The notes below the pieces were generated by a model that was not told where the DNA came from, ran no database searches, and worked only from the letters and a program-made list of their open reading frames with translations. This document shows, in pieces, positions 59,229 to 64,000 of a DNA stretch of 64,000 nt; the stretch's first letter is position 1, and every line of letters begins with the position of its first letter. This DNA comes from an uncultured Actinomycetota bacterium. GTDB lineage: Bacteria; Actinomycetota; Actinomycetes; CAVWCF01. Where the stretch lies: the NCBI GenBank assembly GCA_963818455.1, contig CAWFSE010000001.1, positions 75,959 through 139,958 of the forward strand, written 5' to 3'. The position numbers were made by a program, and so were the translations under genes.

Positions 59229-61518
59229 CTACGCGCCGATCAGGCTGAAGGCGCCCTCCTCCTCTTGGGCGTTGTGCAGGCGCAGCACGGAGTAGAGGCC
59301 GTACAGCAGCCCGCGCAGCTCGATCACGTCCTCCGGCTCGGCCGGGTCGTCGCCGAGGTCGGCGAGCAGCCGGGCCAGCCGCCCCACCTGGTGCTCGATC
59401 TCCGCGTGGGTGCGGGTCATCGCCCCGGTCGGGTCGGCGCCGCCCAGGGCCTTGGCGACCACCGGGTAGAGCAGCAGCTGCTCGGCGCGCTCGTGCGGCA
59501 GCGTCTCGTTCTCCAGCCGGACCAAGAGCGCCCGCACGGGCGCGAGGTCGCACCCCTCGGTGGCCAGGCCGTCGGCGGCGACCCGCACCTGCTCGACGAT
59601 GGGGCGCACCGCGCTGTGCTCGTCGCGCAGCCGGCGCGCGATGACGGCGTCGGCCGGGGCCAGCGTCACGGTGTGGGCCTCGGCTGGCAGCACCGCGCGC
59701 AGCGCGATCGCGATGGCCAGCACGTCGATGGCCTCCTGCACCAAGGCTCCCGCCACCGGCGCCAGCAGGCCGGCCGCGGCCGCCAGCATCGCGATCAGCG
59801 AGAGCCCCATGCCGACGGCGGCGGCCTGCAGGGCGATCCCGCGCGACCGCCGGGCGATCAGGATGGCGTCGGCGAGGGCGTCGATGCGGTCGACGGCGAG
59901 CACGACGTCGGCGGTCTCGGAGGACGCCGTCGCGCCGCGGGCGGCGAGGGCCACCCCGACCGACGCGGCCGCCAGCGCCGGGGCGTCGTTGATGCCGTCG
60001 CCCACCATGATCGTGCGGCCGCGCGCCGACTCCTCGGCCACCACGGCCAGCTTCTCCGCCGGGTCGCGGTCGGCCTGCACGGCGTCGACCCCGACGATCC
60101 GGCCGACCGTCTCGGCGATGTCCGCGCGGTCGCCGGTGACCAGGACCGTCCGCTCGATGCCGGCGGCCCGCAGCGCCCGGAGCATCCGCGGCGCATCGGG
60201 GCGCACCGGGTCCTCCAGCAGGAAGACCCCGGCGGGCATGCCGTCGATCGCGGCGAAGACGGTGAGCGACCCGTCGAGCGACGCGCGCCGCCGCGCCTGC
60301 CGGACCCACCCGGGCGCCGCGCCGGGCACGATCCACTCCGACTTGCCCAGGCGGACGACGCGGGCGCCGACAGCGCCCTCAAGGCCGTACCCGTGGCGCT
60401 CGACGACGTCGGCGGGCAGCTCCAGCCGCAGGCCCCGGGCCTGCGCGGCCGAGACGATCGACCCGGCCAGGACGTGCGGGGACACCTGGTCGAGCGACGC
60501 CGCGAGCCGCAGCACCTCGTCGGGGTCGAAGCCGTCCGCGGCCACCACGTCGGCGACCACCGGCTTGCCGAGGGTGAGCGTCCCGGTCTTGTCGAAGAGC
60601 AGGATCGCGGCCCGACCCCAGCGCCTCCAGCGCGGCGCCGCCCTTGACGATGACACCGGCCTTGGCCGCCCGCGAGAGCCCGGACATGATCGCGATGGGG
60701 GCGGCCAGCAGCAGCGGGCACGGGGTCGCGACGACGAGCACGGCGACCGCGCGCACCGGGTCGCCGCTGACCAGCCACGCGAAGCCCGCGAGGGCGAGGG
60801 TGAGGGGCACGAAGTACACCGCGATGCGGTCGGCCGCCCGCACGAAGGGCGCCGACGACGCCTGGGCCTGCTCGACCAGCCGCAGCACCCCCGCGTACGT
60901 GGAGTCCGCCGCGACCGCGACCGCGATCAGCTCCAGCGGCGGCCCGGCGTTGACCACTCCGCTGCGGACCTCATCGCCGCCGAGCGCGCTCGACCGGCAG
61001 CGGCTCCCCGGTGAGCGCCGACTCGTCCAGGATGGCCAGCCCCATCAGGCGGCCGTCCACCGGGACGACCTCGCCGGTGCCGACGAGCAGCCGGTCGCCG
61101 CGCGACCACCTCCTCGACCGGGATCCGCTCGAGCTCGTCCCCCACCCGGCGCTGCGCCGACCGCGGGGCGCGGGCGACCAGGGCGCTGAGCTCGCGGCGG
61201 GCCCGGGCGGCGGCGCGGGCCTCCAGCAGCACGCCCGTGGTCAGCATCCAGGTGATGACGGCGCCGGCGAGCGGCTCGCCCACGACGAGCGCGCCGACCA
61301 GGGCGAGCAGCGCGATGACGTCGACGCTCGGCTGGCGGCGGCGCACCGCGTCGATGGTGGCCGCGCGCCGAGAGCAGCAGCCCCAGGACCGTGCCGGCGA
61401 CCCAGGCGGCCTCGGCCCAGGCGTCCGCCCCGGCCCAGGCCGCGACAAGACCCGCGGCCAACAGCGCGCAGGCCGCGCCGAAGGCCGCGGCGTGCCGATG
61501 CTCGGTCCACCAGGTCAT
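59229..61518 (-). CDS. P1B-type heavy-metal ATPase, P1B-5-like (TPCP / QExxD motifs) with C-terminal hemerythrin-like domain; frame-disrupted in the N-terminal half
   Basis: [13 protein letters not shown].. (ORF 61045..61518). ..[21 protein letters not shown].. (ORF 60379..60957). [44 protein letters not shown], then [41 protein letters not shown] (HHE pattern) in ORF 59229..60656. No N-terminal metal-binding domain. Confidence 0.8.
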
Positions 61519-61599
61519 CGCGACTCACCGTCCAGGCTCCCGCAGCACGGCGCTCCCGGGCAGGGGCCTAAGTCCGCCCTCGCCCGAACTCGGTGGCGC

Positions 61600-62220
61600 T
61601 CAATCGCACTCGCACGCCTCGCCGCGCCACGCCTCGCGCCCCTCGCGGGCGGCCACCGCCGCGACCACCAGGGCGGCGACGGGATCGGCCCACGACCAGC
61701 CCCAGAGGGCGTTGAGCAGGAGGCCGCCGAGCAGGGCGGCCGACAGGTAGGTGCAGAGCAGGGTCTGCACGGAGTCCGCGACGACCGCTCGGCTGCCCAG
61801 CTCGCGCCCGGTGCGGCGCTTCAGCCAGCTCAGCAGCGGCATCACCACCAGCGAGACCGCCGCCAGCGCGATGCCCACCGGGCTGGGGTCGGCGTCCGCG
61901 CCGGTGGCCAGCGCCCGGAGCGACTCGACGGTGACGTACGCGGCGAGGGCGAAGAACGCCAGGCCGATCAGTCGCAGCGCGCGGCGCTCTCGATCCTCGG
62001 CCACCCCGTGGAACTGCCAGAGGATCACGACCGCGGAGAGGCACTCCACGAGGGAGTCGCCGCCGAACGAGATGAGGGCGATCGACCCGGCGGCCACGCC
62101 CGCCGCAATCGCGACCGCGCCCTCCGCCAGGTTGTAGGCGATCGTCGCCCGCGCCAGCCAGCGCGCGCGTCGCTCCAGCGCCTCCCGTCGCGAGGCCGCC
62201 GCTGACGTGGTCGCATCCAC
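61600..62220 (-). CDS. Short cation-efflux (CDF-like, membrane domain only) transporter (intact)
   Basis: Intact 206-aa ORF: ..IAYNLAEGAVAIAAGVAAGSIALISFGGDSLVECLSAVVILW..VVADSVQTLLCTYLSAALLGG.. It ends in ..EACECD. Confidence 0.6.
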   Translation of the reverse strand: MDATTSAAASRREALERRARWLARATIAYNLAEGAVAIAAGVAAGSIALISFGGDSLVECLSAVVILWQFHGVAEDRERRALRLIGLAFFALAAYVTVESLRALATGADADPSPVGIALAAVSLVVMPLLSWLKRRTGRELGSRAVVADSVQTLLCTYLSAALLGGLLLNALWGWSWADPVAALVVAAVAAREGREAWRGEACECD

Positions 62221-62247
62221 CTGGAACCCCTCTGGTTGGGCTCCACG

Positions 62248-63210
62248 CTAACGCGGGACTAGCGGGAACCCGCTGCGGCGAGCCGTCCGGTACGAGTCCA
62301 GGTGCGCGGTCAGCACGTCGTCCCACGGGGTCGGGGCCAGGCCCAGCTCGGTCTGCGCGGCGGTGCTGTCCATCACGAACGGCTCGCTCATCTGGTACGC
62401 CACATCCGGCCAGCTCGCGGACCACCGGCGAGAAGAGCCCCATCGCGCGCAGGACGAAGCGCCGGCACGGTCGAGACCTTCACCGGCTCGACGCCGGCGA
62501 TGCGCGCCAGGTCGCCGATCGCCTCGCGCTGGGTGCGCGGCGCGTTCGAGGGCACGTGCCAGGCACGGCCCCAGGCCCGCTCGTCGGCGGCGATCGCCAC
62601 GAGGGTGCGCGCCATGTCGCGGGTGTACGTCCAGGTGTGCGGGGTGTCCGGGCTGTCGAGCACCTGGACGTTCTTGCCGGCGAGCAGGCGCGGGGCGACC
62701 CGGTCGCCGAGGTGGCTCTGCGCCTGCGGGCCCACGTAGTCGGCGCCGCGGGCGCTGGTGAAGCGGACGCGCCCGGCCTCGTGCGCGGCGAGCCCGTCGA
62801 GCCACATCTGCTTGCGCACCAAGGCCTTCGGGTAGGAGCCCAGCCAGCGGCGTCTGCTCGGTCATCGGCGCGGTGACCCGGCCGTACGCGTACAGGTTGT
62901 CGGCCATCGCCAGCACCGCGCCGCTCGACTCCGCTGCGGCCAGCAGCGCCTGGGCGACCGGGGGCCAGTCCTGGCTCCACCGGTTGTAGGGCGGGTTGAC
63001 GCAGTTGTAGAGGGCGACCGATCCGGCGGCGAGCTCGCCGAGCCGCGCGGCGTCGGCGGCGTCGGCGCGGACCCGCTCGACCTGCGGCGACTCGGGGCCG
63101 CTTCCCGACCGGGTGACCACGCGGACCCGGTGGCCCTGCTCGGCCAGGATCTCGGCCACCGCGGACCCGACCGGCCCGGCTCCGACGACGACGTGCAGAT
63201 CGTTCGACAT
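62248..63210 (-). CDS. NAD(P)-binding Rossmann protein (NmrA/epimerase-like); frame-disrupted
   Basis: ATG 63210. MSNDLHVVVGAGPVGSAVAEILAEQGHRVRVVTRS.. (ORF 62248..63246), middle part in ORF 62388..62822, tail ..MSEPFVMDSTAAQTELGLAPTPWDDVL..*. Confidence 0.7.
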   Translation of the reverse strand: MSNDLHVVVGAGPVGSAVAEILAEQGHRVRVVTRSGSGPESPQVERVRADAADAARLGELAAGSVALYNCVNPPYNRWSQDWPPVAQALLAAAESSGAVLAMADNLYAYGRVTAPMTEQTPLAGLLPEGLGAQADVARRARRARGRARPLHQRPRRRLRGPAGAEPPRRPGRPAPARRQERPGARQPGHPAHLDVHPRHGAHPRGDRRRRAGLGPCLARALERAAHPARGDRRPGAHRRRRAGEGLDRAGASSCARWGSSRRWSASWPDVAYQMSEPFVMDSTAAQTELGLAPTPWDDVLTAHLDSYRTARRSGFPLVPR

Positions 63211-63230
63211 GGTTGCTCCCTTAGCGTTGA

Positions 63231-63261
63231 TCTGAACTGTGAGCACCGCTCACAGTTCAGA
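63231..63261. promoter_or_regulatory. TetR-type operator: perfect 14-bp inverted repeat with a 3-nt spacer
   Basis: TCTGAACTGTGAGC-ACC-GCTCACAGTTCAGA lies in the 132-nt divergent gap between 63210 (-) and 63343 (+). A further CACCGCTCAC half-site is at 63312-63321. Confidence 0.65.
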
Positions 63262-63342
63262 CTGTGACACCTGTCTAGGCACCTGTCAAGAGCACTGCTC
63301 GCATTTCTTGCCACCGCTCACGTCTTACGGCAGACTGGCGCT

Positions 63343-64000
63343 GTGAGCGCACCCCGCACCGCCCGAGAGCGGGCCCGCCTGGAGATCACCCAGGAGATCG
63401 TCGACACCGCGCGCGCCCATCTGTCCCGCTACGGCGCGGCCGGGCTCAGCCTGCGCGCCGTCGCCCGCGACCTCGGGATGGCGAGCTCCGCGGTCTACCG
63501 CTACTTCCCCAGCCGCGACGACCTGCTGACCCGGCTGATCATCGACGCCTTCAACGGCCTCGGCGAGGCCGCCGAGCAGGCCGAGGCCCTCGTCGACCGC
63601 GACGACCTGCTGGGCCGCCACGCCGCGCTGTGGAACGCGGTGCGCGGGTGGGCCCTCGAGCGGCCGCAGGAGTACCTGCTCATCTACGGCTCGCCGGTCC
63701 CCGGCTACGTCGCCCCCGTCGACACCGTGCAGCCGGCCACGCGGGTGTCGACGGTGCTGACCGTGCTCCTGGTCGAGGGCCTGGCGGCCGGCCGCGTCCA
63801 TCCGCCCCAGGAGCCCGTCAACCGCCGCACCAAGGCGGCGCTCGTCCCCGCCCGCCAGTACTTCCCCAAGCAGATCGGCGACGACCTGCTGCTGCGCGGC
63901 CTGATGAGCTGGGCGGGGATGTTCGGCAACATCAACTTCGAGCTCAACGGCATGTTCCACAACGTGGTCGGCGACGCCGAGGGCGACCGCCAGGCGTACT
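63343..64000 (+). CDS. TetR/AcrR-family transcriptional regulator (3' end beyond the window)
   Basis: GTG 63343. VSAPRTARERARLEITQEIVDTARAHLSRYGAAGLSLRAVARDLGMASSAVYRYFPSRDDLLTRLIIDAFN.. The ORF is open to the window end, so it is absent from the supplied ORF track. Confidence 0.85.
   Translation, partial: MSAPRTARERARLEITQEIVDTARAHLSRYGAAGLSLRAVARDLGMASSAVYRYFPSRDDLLTRLIIDAFNGLGEAAEQAEALVDRDDLLGRHAALWNAVRGWALERPQEYLLIYGSPVPGYVAPVDTVQPATRVSTVLTVLLVEGLAAGRVHPPQEPVNRRTKAALVPARQYFPKQIGDDLLLRGLMSWAGMFGNINFELNGMFHNVVGDAEGDRQAY

Noticed and set aside
58177-61014. ORFs 58177..60336 (-, 719 aa), 59166..60647 (+, 493 aa) and 59560..61014 (+, 484 aa).
   Set aside because: These are out-of-frame or antisense readings of the P-type ATPase and membrane-protein genes. 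They are Arg/Pro/Gly-rich and lack motifs. The ATPase motifs ([17 protein letters not shown]) are in other minus-strand frames.
1-64000. Genuine large-scale pseudogenisation as the explanation for the frameshifts.
   Set aside because: Protein-level conservation is undiminished on both sides of the shifts. I noticed no premature in-frame stops apart from those caused by the shifts. Many shifts come in compensating pairs within tens of nucleotides. Core-type genes (Sua5/TsaC, UbiB, ALDH) are affected. Technical indels are more parsimonious, but this needs read-level confirmation.

Overview
This is a very GC-rich, actinobacterial-type chromosomal window: codon third positions are almost all G/C, GTG starts are frequent, and many genes have GTGA/ATGA/TGATG start-stop overlaps. 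I reconstruct about 60 protein genes, one tRNA-Lys(UUU) and one IS481-family insertion sequence. I saw no rRNA and no CRISPR array.

Caveat on the ORF track: many genes read as intact proteins only if the frame is switched one to several times, because 1-nt indels occur in clusters. Most of the very long ORFs in the supplied track are therefore composites or GC-frame artefacts. Coordinates below are for the reconstructed genes, and frameshift positions are approximate (+/- 20 nt). Functions come from motifs I recognise by eye and memory, not from searches.

Gene content, in order:
- Dabb protein, HMGL-like lyase and a tandem CN-hydrolase.
- A seven-gene operon (3594-10814).
- A branched-chain-type ABC importer operon.
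- Two loci of WxL/DUF916-type surface proteins.
- Epimerase, SDR, aldehyde dehydrogenase and a TPP enzyme.
- EamA, SulP and CaCA transporters; Sua5/TsaC and YbaK.
- UbiB kinase and a large flippase-like membrane protein.
- A DrrA-like ABC-2 exporter; quinone reductases; RidA; PntAB transhydrogenase.
- IS481 next to tRNA-Lys.
- An XRE module, a cNMP-binding protein, a phosphoesterase, VOC, GNAT and an acyl-CoA ligase.
- A P1B-5-type ATPase with a hemerythrin-like tail, a short CDF-like transporter, and a TetR regulator with its operator.

The most interesting observation is the operon at 3594-9373. It combines two RCCR-like proteins, a PAO-like Rieske oxygenase, a NYC1/NOL-like SDR and a chlorophyllase-like hydrolase. 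These are bacterial homologues of the plant chlorophyll-breakdown enzyme set. A third RCCR-like paralog lies at 23418-24296. The operon and the ABC importer carry near-identical promoter-operator modules built around a GGAAC-N3-GTTCC-type operator. That motif recurs upstream of the third paralog and of a WxL surface-protein operon.
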